Shown here: one piece after another, positions 28,244-39,624 of the stretch
How the letters are laid out: every line of letters begins with the position of its first letter
Numbering within the stretch: position 1 is the first letter of the stretch
NCBI GenBank assembly: GCA_963754875.1
Contig: CAVWHO010000011.1
Span: forward strand, 46,552 to 110,551
Source: Nitrospirota bacterium
Lineage (GTDB): Bacteria > Nitrospirota > UBA9217
DNA: 64,000 nt
Reading direction: 5' to 3'
Program-made: the position numbers and the translations under genes
The notes under the pieces: generated by a model
Told to the model about the DNA's origin: nothing
Seen by the model: only the letters and a program-made list of their open reading frames with translations
The model's database searches: none

Positions 28244-29770
28244 TCAGGATTCTTCTTTCTCATTTTTCCCTGATTTATCAGTCCCTGAAGAGTACTGATG
28301 ATAAGAGTGCATGCCGAGTTTCAGCAGCCCCTTTTCTATAAGTCGCTTGGCGGATGCAACTACCTGCGGATCAAATTGCAGTCCCGATTCCCGTTCCAGT
28401 TCTACGAGGACCTCGTGGGTTGAGATAGTCCCCCGGTACGGCCGCTCGGAGACCATTGCATCGATCGTGTCGGCAACATTCAATATCCTGGCCGCCGGCG
28501 TTATCTGTTCACCGGCCAGCCCTTGAGGATAGCCTTTCCCATCGTACCGTTCGTGGTGCTGGTATATGGCGTTGATGATGTCAGCGGAAAAACCAATGGG
28601 CTCCAGAATTCTTATCCCGTGGGCCGGATGGTCTTTCATGATGTCGAATTCCTCACGACTCAGCCGTTCCGGTTTGCTGATGATAAGTTCGCTGATGCCG
28701 ATTTTGCCCACGTCGTGAAGAATGGCGGCAATATGGATTTCCTCGAGGCGCGAAGGGCTCATCCCCATGTCCCGAGCGACTGCCACGGCGTATTTTGCCA
28801 CGTTAGTGGAATGCCACCGCGTATAGGGGTCTTTTGCCTCGACGGCGGCCACAAGGGCCTGAACAGTGCGGAAATAATTTTCGCGCAGATCTTCATAGAG
28901 GGCCGCATTCTCCATGGCCGTTACGACCTGGCTGGAGAGAATCAAAACGATCTGCAGGTCACTGGTCGTAAACGGCGGTCCGGAGAATTTACTCACGTTG
29001 AGCACGCCAAAAAGTTTGTTCTTGCCGATAAGCGGCACCGACATGGACGAGGCCGGCATATTTTCGAGGTTGATCGCATCCATCACTTCAAGGTCCGGGT
29101 GCTTGCCCGCGGATATGATAAGCGGCTTTCGGTACTTGAGCACCAGCCCCGCTACGCCCTCGCCGATTTTCCGACGCGACTTCAAGGCCATATCGGTCGG
29201 CAGTCCGTGAGAGGCTCGGATCATCAAAGTGCCGTTGCTTTCGTCCATCAGCATGAGTGAAACGCGGTCGATGGTGAATTCCTGGATCAGGACCTCGGTG
29301 ATGAGCTTAAACAGGTGCGCGAGGTCAATCTCCGTTACGAGCAACTTGCTGATCTCGAACAGCGGAATGAGCGCCTTGAGCCTGATGTTTTCCTTTTGCA
29401 GCCTGCTCCGGTTGATCGCGCGATCCACCGCGCCGAGCAGTTCTTCCTGGGTAAACGGCTTGAGCACGAAACCGTCGACCCCGCGCATGAGGGATTCAAT
29501 GGCCGTGTCGAGCGTGCCGTGCCCGGTTATAAATATCGTCACGATATCCTGTTTTTTTGCCTTGACCCGTTCGAACAGTTCCAGGCCGTCTATTCCCGGC
29601 ATCTTAATGTCCGTAATCAGCAGATCGGCAGGCACGCGGCCGAGTTCTTCCAGTGCCTTGGTACCGTTGGGAACCGTAGACACCACGTATCCTTCTGCAG
29701 AAAGGATGTGGTAACACAAGTCCCTGATCATGTCCTCGTCGTCGACTACCAGAATTTTCTCACCAGCCAC
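28244..29770 (-). CDS. Response regulator with REC-GAF-HD-GYP domains (c-di-GMP phosphodiesterase)
   Basis: VVDDE, TDIKMPG, KPF; GAF (SMSVPL..GVLNV); EAKDPYT..HS, LHDVGK, HHERYDGKGYP. Confidence 0.92.
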   Translation of the reverse strand: MAGEKILVVDDEDMIRDLCYHILSAEGYVVSTVPNGTKALEELGRVPADLLITDIKMPGIDGLELFERVKAKKQDIVTIFITGHGTLDTAIESLMRGVDGFVLKPFTQEELLGAVDRAINRSRLQKENIRLKALIPLFEISKLLVTEIDLAHLFKLITEVLIQEFTIDRVSLMLMDESNGTLMIRASHGLPTDMALKSRRKIGEGVAGLVLKYRKPLIISAGKHPDLEVMDAINLENMPASSMSVPLIGKNKLFGVLNVSKFSGPPFTTSDLQIVLILSSQVVTAMENAALYEDLRENYFRTVQALVAAVEAKDPYTRWHSTNVAKYAVAVARDMGMSPSRLEEIHIAAILHDVGKIGISELIISKPERLSREEFDIMKDHPAHGIRILEPIGFSADIINAIYQHHERYDGKGYPQGLAGEQITPAARILNVADTIDAMVSERPYRGTISTHEVLVELERESGLQFDPQVVASAKRLIEKGLLKLGMHSYHQYSSGTDKSGKNEKEES

Positions 29771-30033
29771 GTTTACACTCCTTCACCCGTGCTTCCGACA
29801 TCCAGAGCGCGTATGAAGCCCTTCCCCACACCGTAACAATCCGGGTCAAGGGCACGCCTCTCTTGCTGCTCGTGAAGCCTTGCAGTCTCTCATATGCCGC
29901 AACATTACGAAACCGATCGTTCTTGTTCTTTACTTTCAACCTCATGCGTTCTCAATAATCGTATAGCTGATCAACAAACCAAATTCATTCCATCCCAGCG
30001 AAGCGAGTCGTAAAAAAGGAGCAAAGCCCTAAT

Positions 30034-32124
30034 CTACGCGGCCGGTGGCTTCCGATATCGAGGCAGAACCACGCGAAAGGTCGTGCCGTGCATCTGAGAG
30101 CTCTCGGCTTCAATATTGCCGCCGTGATTTTGTACAATGCGGTAGCTGATCGACAGGCCCAAACCTGTGCCGCCGCCATTCTCCTTAGTGGTAAAGAAAG
30201 GTTCAAATATTTTGTTCATATGTTCTGGAGCAATGCCGGACCCGGAATCGGAAAAAACCACGACAACGTGGTTCTCCTGCGTTGCATCGGCTTTAACCCG
30301 GAGCTGTCCTCCCTGCGGCATTGCGTTCAGTGCGTTATTGGCGATGTTGATGAAAACTTGTTTCATTTCATTGTGATCCATATTCACCAAAGCAGGTTCT
30401 GCCGGGTAGTCTTCATGAATCACCACGGAAGATGCGTTAGCAATTCCCTGGACAAGAGCAATCGTCTCCTTCAGCGGCAACGAAATATCTCCGGGTTCCA
30501 TCCATGATGGCCGCTGTCGGGAGAAGTCCAGCAGGTTGCGAATAATCTTCCTGACTCTCAACGTCTCCTGCTCCATCGTCATTAGGATTTTTCGCTGTGA
30601 CTCGGGAAGGTCAAGGGTCTTCAACAGATGCGTTGCGTAACCGAGAACGCTCGTCAGCGGATTATTGATCTCATGTGCGACATTGGCCGAGAGTTCTCCA
30701 ATAGCCGCCATCTTCGTCGAATGCACCAGCTGTTCCTGGGTGGTCTTTAGTTCTACCATTTTCCACTTCAAGTCGCTGTACAGCGAGGCATTTTGGAGTG
30801 CGGCAGACGCCAGATTGGAAAATACGGTAAACAGCCTCAGATCGTGTTTATCGAAATTTGCTTTTCCCTTCTTGTTGATGGCCGTGAGCAGGGCTGTCAT
30901 CGTATTCGATGACCAGAGGGGGACCGTCATGATACTCTTGATGCCGAGAGCCTCCATCCGCGGACCATCCAGTCTAAAGTCTTCCTGGGCATCGGCAATG
31001 AGAAGCGGAGTGCCGTAACTCACCAACCAGTTATAAATCCCGCCTGATTCGAGCGGCACGTCCAGATCTTTGATGGATTTTCTCTTGCTGCCGATTACCC
31101 CAATATATTTTAGCATATGATCTGCTTTATCAACAATGGATACCGTTGTCGTATCGGCCTTCACCAGGTCTTCGGCGCCTGCCGCTATCCTGGTGAAAAG
31201 CGATTCCCGGTCTAGGCTCTCCATAAGGCCAAGGCCGGTCGTATGAAGAATAAACAGGTCTCGGTTCCCCTGAGAAAGACTCATCTCGCGCTGTTTCAGA
31301 ACAAGCGTCAACTGGCTGAAAGCTTTGCCGAGTTTGCTGATTTCGTCATTCCCTTTCACGAGAAAAGGCGCGTCCCAGTTTTGCTGACCCAATTTTTCAA
31401 CGGAATCACTCAGCCGCAGAATGGGTTTGGAAATCCCGATCGCTATGATCTGGCTGAATGCTATTCCGATAAGGAGGATGACGAGAAGTGCTCCTGCGGC
31501 TTTTTTCATGATAGAAAATATTTTTTTCTCGTAGAACTCACCGGAAACACCGACCCGAACGTAACCGAGGAGTTTACGCCCGGCAAGAATAGGGAGAGTA
31601 AGGTCGCAAACCCCGCTCTTTTTTATCACAAAGGTAGGCTCTTGGGTCTGCGCAGGCGCGCAGGCGAGTACAGCGTCGTCACGCACAACGCTCCTACCAG
31701 AAGGAAGGTTATAAAAATAAGAGTGTCCGTCAAAAGAGACTTCCGAAACTGTATTTCCTATAAGAAGGTCGCAGGTACTGTTGAATATCATCGCATAAAG
31801 AAGGGTTTTGCCGGTGCGCGTATCTTCTTCAGCGGCAAAATAGGGGGACAATTTTTTATAAAGCTGAGGCCGGTTTCCGGTAACGACATCGTCTGCGGTC
31901 AAAGCTGCCAATTCACGAGCTACGACAAGTGCTCTTCCCCTGATCTCCGCGTCTATGACTTTCTTCCACTCCCAGAAAAAAAAAGCTCCTATCAATGTCG
32001 CGACAAGCATGAGCGCCGCCATCATAAGAAAAGAGACCCTGCGGCCGATCCCGCCCCACCATCGGAAAAAAGCAAGACGAAACCGCGCAAAAAAAGCTGA
32101 GACTATGCTTTTTACATCTGCCAT
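30034..32124 (-). CDS. Membrane sensor histidine kinase (2 TM, HAMP, GAF, HisKA, HATPase)
   Basis: DEISKLG HAMP, AHEINNPL H-box, QVFINI-NNA, DSGSGI, FEPFFTTK, GTGLGL; exact start uncertain. Confidence 0.92.
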   Translation of the reverse strand: MADVKSIVSAFFARFRLAFFRWWGGIGRRVSFLMMAALMLVATLIGAFFFWEWKKVIDAEIRGRALVVARELAALTADDVVTGNRPQLYKKLSPYFAAEEDTRTGKTLLYAMIFNSTCDLLIGNTVSEVSFDGHSYFYNLPSGRSVVRDDAVLACAPAQTQEPTFVIKKSGVCDLTLPILAGRKLLGYVRVGVSGEFYEKKIFSIMKKAAGALLVILLIGIAFSQIIAIGISKPILRLSDSVEKLGQQNWDAPFLVKGNDEISKLGKAFSQLTLVLKQREMSLSQGNRDLFILHTTGLGLMESLDRESLFTRIAAGAEDLVKADTTTVSIVDKADHMLKYIGVIGSKRKSIKDLDVPLESGGIYNWLVSYGTPLLIADAQEDFRLDGPRMEALGIKSIMTVPLWSSNTMTALLTAINKKGKANFDKHDLRLFTVFSNLASAALQNASLYSDLKWKMVELKTTQEQLVHSTKMAAIGELSANVAHEINNPLTSVLGYATHLLKTLDLPESQRKILMTMEQETLRVRKIIRNLLDFSRQRPSWMEPGDISLPLKETIALVQGIANASSVVIHEDYPAEPALVNMDHNEMKQVFINIANNALNAMPQGGQLRVKADATQENHVVVVFSDSGSGIAPEHMNKIFEPFFTTKENGGGTGLGLSISYRIVQNHGGNIEAESSQMHGTTFRVVLPRYRKPPAA

Positions 32125-32184
32125 AGTGGGAGCAAGTTGAAATAAAATCATAGTAACATAAAAGCGCTATCGTGTAAATGCAAT

Positions 32185-32214
32185 AAAAAAGGCAAGGATA
32201 TATATCCTTGCCTT
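32185..32214 (-). terminator. Terminator after rplQ (end of the alpha operon)
   Basis: AAGGCAAGGATA / TATCCTTGCCTT stem with a minus-strand U tract. Confidence 0.85.
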
Positions 32215-32262
32215 CTTGCTTTATCATGACTAAATTGTCAAAAATACTTCTTAAAATTCAGA

Positions 32263-32685
32263 CTATGCTGCTGGTTTTTTTTCTGTTTTTGTTTTTTTCT
32301 GACCAGCCGTATCTGTTGTTTCTTTTGTCTGACGTTCTACAAGCTCGATCACGGCTAAGGGTGCTGCATCGCCAGGACGAGTACGCGTCGGAACGATTCT
32401 AGTATAGCCGCCGTTTCGCGACGTAAATCGCGGTGCTATCTGGGCAAACAGGCTGCCAACAACGGCATCATCCTGAATAAAACCGAGTGCCTGGCGGCGC
32501 GCATGCAGATCTCCCCGCTTTGCGAGGGTGATCAATTTTTCCGCCAGCGGACGAATCTCTTTCGCCTTTGCAGCCGTTGTTTCAATTTTTTCATTCTTGA
32601 GCAATGCGGTTACGAGCATCCTGAGCAGCGCCTTGCGGTGCCCGGAGTTTCTACCAAATTGTCTGCCTGCGCATCCATGTCTCAT
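32263..32685 (-). CDS. rplQ: 50S ribosomal protein L17
   Basis: [27 protein letters not shown]. Confidence 0.97.
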   Translation of the reverse strand: MRHGCAGRQFGRNSGHRKALLRMLVTALLKNEKIETTAAKAKEIRPLAEKLITLAKRGDLHARRQALGFIQDDAVVGSLFAQIAPRFTSRNGGYTRIVPTRTRPGDAAPLAVIELVERQTKETTDTAGQKKTKTEKKPAA

Positions 32686-32714
32686 GTCATCATCCCTGCC
32701 AAATTATAATAGTA

Positions 32715-33737
32715 TTATGTTTCGCTCGGTTTTTCCGCCAAAAGCCGCCGAGCTTCGATGACGATTTTGTCGTCTACTTTCATTCCCAGAGAAAGTCCCA
32801 TCTCTGCCAGTATTTCCTTAATTTCATTCAACGATTTTCTTCCGAAATTCTTGGTCTTGAGCATTTCGCTTTCGGTCTTCTGGACCATTTCCGCAATGGT
32901 CTCGATCCCGGCATTCTTAAGACAATTAGCTGCCCGTACGGAAAGCTCCAGCTCATTGACGCTGCGAAGAAGATTTTCATTGAAGGTCGGAGCTTTTTTT
33001 ATTTCCTCCTCCATCGCGGGGATTTCTTCTTCTTCCTCGGGAAGGTGGATAAAGAACGTAAGGTGGTCTTTGAGAAGTTTTGCAGCGTGCGCTACGGCGT
33101 CATCCGGCCGGATACTGCCGTCAGTCCATATTTCGAGCACAAGCTTATCGTAGTCAGTTTCCTGCCCAACGCGGGCATTTTCTACCTTAAAATTTACCTT
33201 CCGAATCGGTGAAAAAACTGAGTCGATCGGAACGACACCGATGGATTGCCCCGGCTCCTTGTTCTTGTCGGACGAAACATATCCTCTGCCGCGGCGCGCA
33301 CGCATTTCAAGTTCGAGCTTGCCGTTTTTATCAATCGTTGCAAGATGGAGATCAGGGTTCAGAATTTCCACTTCAGCATCGGCCTCGATGTCTTTCGCCG
33401 TCACTTCTCCCGGTCCCTTCGCCTTGAGAAGCAGCGTTTTGGGTTTATCCGTGTGCAGTTTGAGCCTGACTTCCTTAAGGTTTAGAATAAGGTCGGTTGT
33501 GTCTTCCACCACGCCGGGAATACTTGAGAACTCATGCTGCACGCCGGAAATTTTTATCGCGGTGACCGCAGACCCCTCAAGCGAGGACAGAAGGACCCGG
33601 CGCAATGAATTCCCCAAGGTGGTCCCAAAACCGCGCTCTAAAGGTTCCGCAATAAACTTGCCGTACGTGTCCGTTATCTTTTTGGGGTCATATTGTAGCT
33701 TTTTTGGCATCTGGAAATCTTTTGCTTTTCTGAGCAT
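32715..33737 (-). CDS. rpoA: RNA polymerase alpha subunit
   Basis: [34 protein letters not shown]. Confidence 0.98.
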   Translation of the reverse strand: MLRKAKDFQMPKKLQYDPKKITDTYGKFIAEPLERGFGTTLGNSLRRVLLSSLEGSAVTAIKISGVQHEFSSIPGVVEDTTDLILNLKEVRLKLHTDKPKTLLLKAKGPGEVTAKDIEADAEVEILNPDLHLATIDKNGKLELEMRARRGRGYVSSDKNKEPGQSIGVVPIDSVFSPIRKVNFKVENARVGQETDYDKLVLEIWTDGSIRPDDAVAHAAKLLKDHLTFFIHLPEEEEEIPAMEEEIKKAPTFNENLLRSVNELELSVRAANCLKNAGIETIAEMVQKTESEMLKTKNFGRKSLNEIKEILAEMGLSLGMKVDDKIVIEARRLLAEKPSET

Positions 33738-33845
33738 GATTCCTCCATAACGGAGTAAAAAAACTATTAATTCCTATGATGGTAAACGACGCTCTCATTA
33801 TGAGCGCCCGCTCAGCCACCGGTAATATTCTGATACCGCCGTGAT

Positions 33846-34475
33846 TTACTTCGAATAGAGCTCGACAACGAGTTGTTCTTTCACCGTCGGCATCGTACTT
33901 TCATCGCGGGCCGGCAACGAGAGAACCTTGCCCTTGAACTGAGTCTTATCGATCTCCAGCCACGAAGGGAAGCCTCGCTTCTCAACTGCGGCGAGCGTCT
34001 GTTGTATTTGAGCGATACTCCTGCTCTTTTCGCGAAGCTCCACCACATCGCCAGCCTTAATAAGAAAGGACGGAATGTTCACCTTTTTACCGTTGACCAA
34101 CATATGGCCATGCCGTACGAGCTGCCGTGCCTCTTTCTTGGAACCGGCAAACCCCATGCGCTGGGTGATATTATCAAGCCGTCTTTCCAGAAGCTGTAAT
34201 AAGTTCTCGCCGGTCACTCCCTTCATCCGCTCGGCTTTTTCAAAATAGCCTCGGAATTGGCGTTCTAGCACGCCATAGACGCGCCTGATCTTTTGCTTTT
34301 CCCGAAGCTGCAGACTGTATTCCGACTGCTTTATTCTGCCCTGTCCATGCTGTCCTGGCGGATAACTTCTCCGCGTTACACCGCATTTATCTGTATAACA
34401 ACGCTCGGCCTTCAGAAAAAGCTTCATGCCCTCTCTTCTGCAGAGCTTGCAGACTGATCCAATATACCGTGCCAA
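33846..34475 (-). CDS. rpsD: 30S ribosomal protein S4
   Basis: [30 protein letters not shown] start. Confidence 0.98.
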   Translation of the reverse strand: MARYIGSVCKLCRREGMKLFLKAERCYTDKCGVTRRSYPPGQHGQGRIKQSEYSLQLREKQKIRRVYGVLERQFRGYFEKAERMKGVTGENLLQLLERRLDNITQRMGFAGSKKEARQLVRHGHMLVNGKKVNIPSFLIKAGDVVELREKSRSIAQIQQTLAAVEKRGFPSWLEIDKTQFKGKVLSLPARDESTMPTVKEQLVVELYSK

Positions 34476-34514
34476 GTGATTCTCCTCCTGTGTGAACCGT
34501 TTCCTACGCTTAAA

Positions 34515-34889
34515 CTACACCCGTCTACGTTTCGGCGGCCTGCACCCGTTGTGCGGGATCGGCGTTACGTCCTTGATCGCCACAATCTCGAGGCCGGCAG
34601 CCTGAATCGCACGGATCGCGGATTCCCGGCCGGTGCCGGGTCCCTTCACATAAACTTCGACCTGTTTCATCCCGTGTTCCATTGCCTTTTTAGCGGCAGC
34701 CTCAGCAGCCAGCTGCGACGCAAAGGGCGTGCTCTTACGCGATCCCTTGAAACCTTTATTCCCGGCGCTGGACCAGGTCAGTACATTGCCAGCCGTATCG
34801 GTGATCGTGACAATCGTGTTGTTAAAGGAGGCGTGGATATGGGCTACGCCATTTGCCACATTCTTTCTTTCTTTACCCTTCTTAGCCAT
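34515..34889 (-). CDS. rpsK: 30S ribosomal protein S11
   Basis: [26 protein letters not shown]. Confidence 0.98.
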   Translation of the reverse strand: MAKKGKERKNVANGVAHIHASFNNTIVTITDTAGNVLTWSSAGNKGFKGSRKSTPFASQLAAEAAAKKAMEHGMKQVEVYVKGPGTGRESAIRAIQAAGLEIVAIKDVTPIPHNGCRPPKRRRV

Positions 34890-34953
34890 CTGCTCTCCAT
34901 TGAGTAAAATTATATTCTGCCGAATTGATCATTGCAGCTATTTATCCTTTTCC

Positions 34954-35346
34954 TTACTTCTTGGCTAGGCTCTTCTTTTTGCCCCTGCCCGCCATGGCCG
35001 ACTTCTTCGGCCCTTTTCGTGTTCTCGCATTCGTCTTTGTCCGCTGTCCCCGCGCTGGCAATCCTTTTCTGTGTCGTAATCCGCGATAACTGCCGATATC
35101 CATCAACCGTTTGATGTGCATCGTTACTTCCCTGCGGAGATCGCCTTCTACGGTAAAATCACGATCGAGAATAGCACGAATCTTAACGATATCAGACTCC
35201 GTTAGATTACCGCTCTTCATGTTCGGATCGATTCCTGCCTCGGCCAGGATCTTTTGCGCGGATGCAGGACCGATTCCGTAAATATAGGTAAGCGCAATTT
35301 CATTCTTTTTGTCTTTGGGGAGATCTACCCCAGCAATTCGTGCCAC
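34954..35346 (-). CDS. rpsM: 30S ribosomal protein S13
   Basis: [23 protein letters not shown]. Confidence 0.98.
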   Translation of the reverse strand: MARIAGVDLPKDKKNEIALTYIYGIGPASAQKILAEAGIDPNMKSGNLTESDIVKIRAILDRDFTVEGDLRREVTMHIKRLMDIGSYRGLRHRKGLPARGQRTKTNARTRKGPKKSAMAGRGKKKSLAKK

Positions 35347-35446
35347 GTTTCCTCCTCATGGTACTGCAAATCCGCAATTCGCACTGTGAAATCCATCTCC
35401 GTAACAAGAGAAGGTATTTCGAGTTCCGAATATATGGATCACAGTG

Positions 35447-35560
35447 TTATCCTTGCCGCTGTTTATGGCGAGCGTTTTCGCAAATCACCCGCACAATACC
35501 TTTACGACGGATAATAGTGCACTTAGGACAAATTTTTTTAACTGATGAGCGTACTTTCAT
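35447..35560 (-). CDS. rpmJ: 50S ribosomal protein L36 (Zn-binding type)
   Basis: Manual translation [37 protein letters not shown]. Confidence 0.97.
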   Translation of the reverse strand: MKVRSSVKKICPKCTIIRRKGIVRVICENARHKQRQG

Positions 35561-35622
35561 GTATCATTACTTCCATTTCATTAAGGTATTTTTAAATTTC
35601 GCACCGAGCGATTATTATGACC

Positions 35623-35841
35623 CTATTTGAACCGGTACGTAATCCGTCCTCTAGTCAAATCATAGGGAGTAAGTTCAACCGTTACCTTATCTCCCGGAAG
35701 TATCTTGATGAAATGCATCCGCATCTTTCCGGATATGTGCGCCAAAATCTTATGGCCGTTTTCCATCTCAACCCGAAACATGGCATTCGGAAGTGTCTCC
35801 AGCACCGTACCCTGAACTTCTATGGAATCTTCTTTTGCCAT
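35623..35841 (-). CDS. infA: Translation initiation factor IF-1
   Basis: [24 protein letters not shown]. Confidence 0.98.
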   Translation of the reverse strand: MAKEDSIEVQGTVLETLPNAMFRVEMENGHKILAHISGKMRMHFIKILPGDKVTVELTPYDLTRGRITYRFK

Positions 35842-35891
35842 AACCCCGTATTCGTTCTCTTCACGGCTTTACATCGATTATACAAACACTT

Positions 35892-36641
35892 TTACTTTTT
35901 TGTCAAAATCCATGGACCATCGGGCAATACAGCAACTGTGTGCTCAAAATGCGCCGACAAACTACCATCAACAGTAATTGCCGTCCATCCATCGTCTGTA
36001 ACCACCGTTGCACTGCCCCCGATATTTACCATGGGTTCTATGGCAAACACCATCCCGGCTTTTATCCTTGGCCCCTGGCCCGACTCGCCAAAATTGGGAA
36101 TCTGGGGATCTTCATGCATGTTGCGCCCGATACCGTGCCCGACAAATTCCCGGACAACAGAATATCCATGTGATTCCACATGGCGTTGCACTGCATGAGA
36201 AATGTCATACAGCCTGTTACCCGGCCTCGCCTGTTCTATTCCGCGAAATAGCGACTCTTCTGTTATTCTTGTCAACCGCTCCGCTTCCGGTGAAATCCTT
36301 CCCACCGGGAAGGTCATAGCTGCGTCACCATAAAAACCTTCGACGATTGCTCCGACATCAACACTAATTATGTCACCTGTCTTCAGCACAACCGTTTTCG
36401 AAGGAATCCCGTGGATGATCTGGTTATTCAGGGACGTACACAGCGTCTTGGGATATCCACGATATCCCTTGAATGCAGGTCTAGCGCCTGCTGCTAAAAT
36501 TAGCCGTTCGGCGAATTCGTCGAGAGCCTGCGTGCTGACGCCAAGCCGTATCTCGTCGCGGATGCGGTCAAGCACGTCAGCGACCACTAGGCAGGCTTTC
36601 CGTATCTTTTCAATCTCCTGAAGGGATTTGAGAATGATCAT
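35892..36641 (-). CDS. map: Methionine aminopeptidase type I
   Basis: HGIP, GHGIG..HEDP, IEPM, SAHFEHT. Confidence 0.97.
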   Translation of the reverse strand: MIILKSLQEIEKIRKACLVVADVLDRIRDEIRLGVSTQALDEFAERLILAAGARPAFKGYRGYPKTLCTSLNNQIIHGIPSKTVVLKTGDIISVDVGAIVEGFYGDAAMTFPVGRISPEAERLTRITEESLFRGIEQARPGNRLYDISHAVQRHVESHGYSVVREFVGHGIGRNMHEDPQIPNFGESGQGPRIKAGMVFAIEPMVNIGGSATVVTDDGWTAITVDGSLSAHFEHTVAVLPDGPWILTKK

Positions 36642-36655
36642 GCTGCACCCGAACC

Positions 36656-37954
36656 TTAACGCCTCCCTTTGACTGAAACGCCCTTCAGGAAACCTCCGTA
36701 GTGTCTCTGAATTAAGTGTGACTCTATCTGGGATACGGTATCCAATGCGACACCTATCACGATCAGAAGTGATGTTCCGCCAAAATAAAAGGGAACATTA
36801 AAAAACTTATAAAAAATGTCCGGCAGCACACAAACCGCAGAGAGGTACAGCGCTCCACCCAAAGTAATCCTGTTCAGCACTCGAAAAAGGTAATCAGAAG
36901 TTTTCTTCCCAGGTCTGATTCCCGGGATGAAACCGCCGTACTTTTTCAGGTTGTCTGCAATATCCACCGGGTTGAATACGATTGCCGTATAAAAATAGGC
37001 AAATCCAACGATCATGACTACGTAAACAATTGTGTACAGGGCTTTGCCCGGTGCAAGTTGCTGAGCAAACCATTGAAGCCAGCCTACCTGAACAAACCCA
37101 GCGATCGTCGCGGGAAACAGCAGTATGGACGAAGCAAAAATGGGGGGAATCACACCGGAAGAATTAATTTTGAGGGGCAGATGCGTACTCTGGCCCTTGT
37201 ATATCTTTCTTCCAACCATCCGTTGAGCGTATTGTATAGCTATTTTGCGCTGCCCTCGCTCCATCACGATAATAGCGGCAACCACCGCAATAATCAAGGC
37301 TATAATGATAAAGACCATGAAATACGCTATTTCGCCGGACCTCGTGAGCCCGATGGTATTGCTGACCGCACGCGGAAAGCCTGAAACTATACCAGCAAAA
37401 ATGATCAGGGAAATGCCGTTGCCGATACCGCGTTCGGTGATTTGCTCGCCGAGCCACATGATAAATGTCGTTCCTGCCGTGAGCGTGATCATCGTCAGTA
37501 TGCGAAACGACCATCCCGTTGACTCTACGAAAGCACCGCCACCCATTTTTTCGATACCCACAGCCATCCAGAACGATTGGAAACCGGCAATAACGACTGT
37601 TCCGTATCGTGTATACTCGGTTATTTTTTTCCTGCCCGCCTCACCTTCCTTGGCCAGCGCTTGAAGCCGCGGAATTACAACGGTCAGGAGCTGCAACACA
37701 ATCGAGGCCGTAATGTAAGGCATGATTCCGAGGGCAAAAATCGTAACCCGGGACAGCGCGCCGCCGGAAAACATATCGAAAAAACCCATCAGTCCTGCTG
37801 CAGACTGGTGCAGAAACTGACTAAGTGCCTCGCCCTTGACACCAGGAGTAGGAATATGTGCACCGATGCGGTATACCGCCAGCATCAACAGAGTAAAGAG
37901 AATGCGCTTCCGAAGTTCGGGAATGTTAAATATGTTTTTTAATCCGGTGAACAC
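36656..37954 (-). CDS. secY: Preprotein translocase SecY
   Basis: LGIMPYITASI, GIGNGISLIIF, IPGIRPG, GGTSLLI. Confidence 0.98.
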   Translation of the reverse strand: MFTGLKNIFNIPELRKRILFTLLMLAVYRIGAHIPTPGVKGEALSQFLHQSAAGLMGFFDMFSGGALSRVTIFALGIMPYITASIVLQLLTVVIPRLQALAKEGEAGRKKITEYTRYGTVVIAGFQSFWMAVGIEKMGGGAFVESTGWSFRILTMITLTAGTTFIMWLGEQITERGIGNGISLIIFAGIVSGFPRAVSNTIGLTRSGEIAYFMVFIIIALIIAVVAAIIVMERGQRKIAIQYAQRMVGRKIYKGQSTHLPLKINSSGVIPPIFASSILLFPATIAGFVQVGWLQWFAQQLAPGKALYTIVYVVMIVGFAYFYTAIVFNPVDIADNLKKYGGFIPGIRPGKKTSDYLFRVLNRITLGGALYLSAVCVLPDIFYKFFNVPFYFGGTSLLIVIGVALDTVSQIESHLIQRHYGGFLKGVSVKGRR

Positions 37955-37957
37955 GGG

Positions 37958-38398
37958 CTAGATCACCTCGGCCTTACCACCGGCAGCTTGGATTTTCTCA
38001 AGGGCACTCTTGCTGAATTTATGAGCCCGCACGGTAAGCTTAGCCTTGAGTTCACCCATACCGAGCACCTTCACGTCGTTTTTCAGGTTCTTAATCAGGC
38101 CTTTCTGCATAAGAGCTTCCGGCGTCACCGTATCGGCCCCCGACATCTTTTCGAGATCTGCGAGGTTAACAACCGAATATTCCTTACGGAAGATATTGGT
38201 GAAACCTCTCTTCGGTAGCCTACGCTGAAGGGGCATCTGGCCGCCTTCAAACCCCGGTCCCTTCACACCGCCGGAGCGGGCCTTTTGACCCTTATGTCCT
38301 TTCCCTGCAGTCTTACCGTTTCCGGACCCTGGGCCACGACCGACCCTGTTTGATTTTTTCTTTGACCCGATATTGGGCTTCAGTTCTTCTAATCTCAT
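37958..38398 (-). CDS. rplO: 50S ribosomal protein L15
   Basis: [26 protein letters not shown]. Confidence 0.98.
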   Translation of the reverse strand: MRLEELKPNIGSKKKSNRVGRGPGSGNGKTAGKGHKGQKARSGGVKGPGFEGGQMPLQRRLPKRGFTNIFRKEYSVVNLADLEKMSGADTVTPEALMQKGLIKNLKNDVKVLGMGELKAKLTVRAHKFSKSALEKIQAAGGKAEVI

Positions 38399-38455
38399 AG
38401 TTTACTCACGACCACCACTGACTGTAGTTTTAATTTTATTTTACGACTGCTTTCG

Positions 38456-38650
38456 TTACGCCTCTTCCACTTTGATGAGATGAGAAACCTTGTTGATCAT
38501 GCCCCGTATCTGCGGCGAATCCACGCGGACCACTGAATGATTCAATTTCCGGAGACCAAGTCCGATGAGCACAACCTTATGTTTTCCCGGACGCGCAATG
38601 CCACTTTTGACCAGGGTTATTTTTATTTTTTTTTCGCCAGCGTTTGCCAT
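38456..38650 (-). CDS. rpmD: 50S ribosomal protein L30
   Basis: ITLVKS, LGLRK, IRGMINKVSHL. Confidence 0.96.
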   Translation of the reverse strand: MANAGEKKIKITLVKSGIARPGKHKVVLIGLGLRKLNHSVVRVDSPQIRGMINKVSHLIKVEEA

Positions 38651-38652
38651 GT

Positions 38653-39162
38653 TTATCCAAGCTCCTCTACTGTTCTGCCGCGAAGCGCTGCCACCTGGAC
38701 GGCGCTCCTCAGCCTCATCAATCCATTGATCGTGGCACTGACGACGTTGTGAGGGTTGCTGGAACCGAGCGACTTGCAGAGCACGTTTCGTACGCCTACA
38801 ACTTCAAGCACGGACCTGCTCGCTCCGCCTGCGATCAATCCCGTACCCTCGGAAGCCGGCTTAAGCAACACTTTTCCGGCTCCGTAATGACCAAGGATTG
38901 CATGGGGTATTGTATCGCCTTTGAGCGAAACCTGTACCATATTCTTTTTGGCACGTTCAACTGCCTTCTTGATGGCAACCGGCGCCTCGGCTGCTTTACC
39001 TTTGCCAACGCCGATTTTGCCTTTTCCGTCTCCCACGACTACGAGAGCACTGAAGTTGAACCGCTTGCCGCCCTTGACGACCTTGGCCACGCGGTTTAAA
39101 TACACCAGCTTATCTTTCAGGCCGTCGCCTTCTTCTGCATCCTTCTGATATCGCTCTGCCAA
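38653..39162 (-). CDS. rpsE: 30S ribosomal protein S5
   Basis: [28 protein letters not shown]. Confidence 0.98.
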   Translation of the reverse strand: MAERYQKDAEEGDGLKDKLVYLNRVAKVVKGGKRFNFSALVVVGDGKGKIGVGKGKAAEAPVAIKKAVERAKKNMVQVSLKGDTIPHAILGHYGAGKVLLKPASEGTGLIAGGASRSVLEVVGVRNVLCKSLGSSNPHNVVSATINGLMRLRSAVQVAALRGRTVEELG

Positions 39163-39188
39163 TGCCGCCTCCGAAATTAACCCTTAAC

Positions 39189-39551
39189 CTAGAAGTTAAG
39201 TCCCTTTTCACGCGCCGCATCTGCCAGTGCCTTGACACAGCCGTGATATTGATTCCCGCCGCGATCGAACACTGCGGATTTGATATTCTTGCCCAGCGCT
39301 CGCTCTGCCAGGTTAGCCCCGACCTTCTTAGCCGCAACCACGTTGCCGCAATGCTTCAGGCTTTCGTTGATGGCTTTTTCCGTAGACGCAGCCGCGATGA
39401 TCGTCTTTCCGGTCGTATCATCAATAAGCTGGGCGTAAATATGGCTCAAACTCTTGTACACGCTCAACCGCGGTTTAACCGCCGTACCGACGACTTTTTT
39501 CCTGATGCGTTCGCGTCTTCTTTGCCTGGATACTAATTTACTCTGTGCCAC
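39189..39551 (-). CDS. rplR: 50S ribosomal protein L18
   Basis: PRLSVYKS, FDRGG..YHG, AREKGL-F. Confidence 0.97.
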   Translation of the reverse strand: MAQSKLVSRQRRRERIRKKVVGTAVKPRLSVYKSLSHIYAQLIDDTTGKTIIAAASTEKAINESLKHCGNVVAAKKVGANLAERALGKNIKSAVFDRGGNQYHGCVKALADAAREKGLNF

Positions 39552-39624
39552 GTTTATTCTCCATCATGCTGTTTGCTGTCGAATAGATCATCCGATAGCC
39601 GCAGTCTGCAATTAATATGAGTCC

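Noticed and set aside
29760..29945. 61-aa ORF between the kinase and the HD-GYP gene
   Set aside because: No recognisable motif or clear RBS; cannot be supported.
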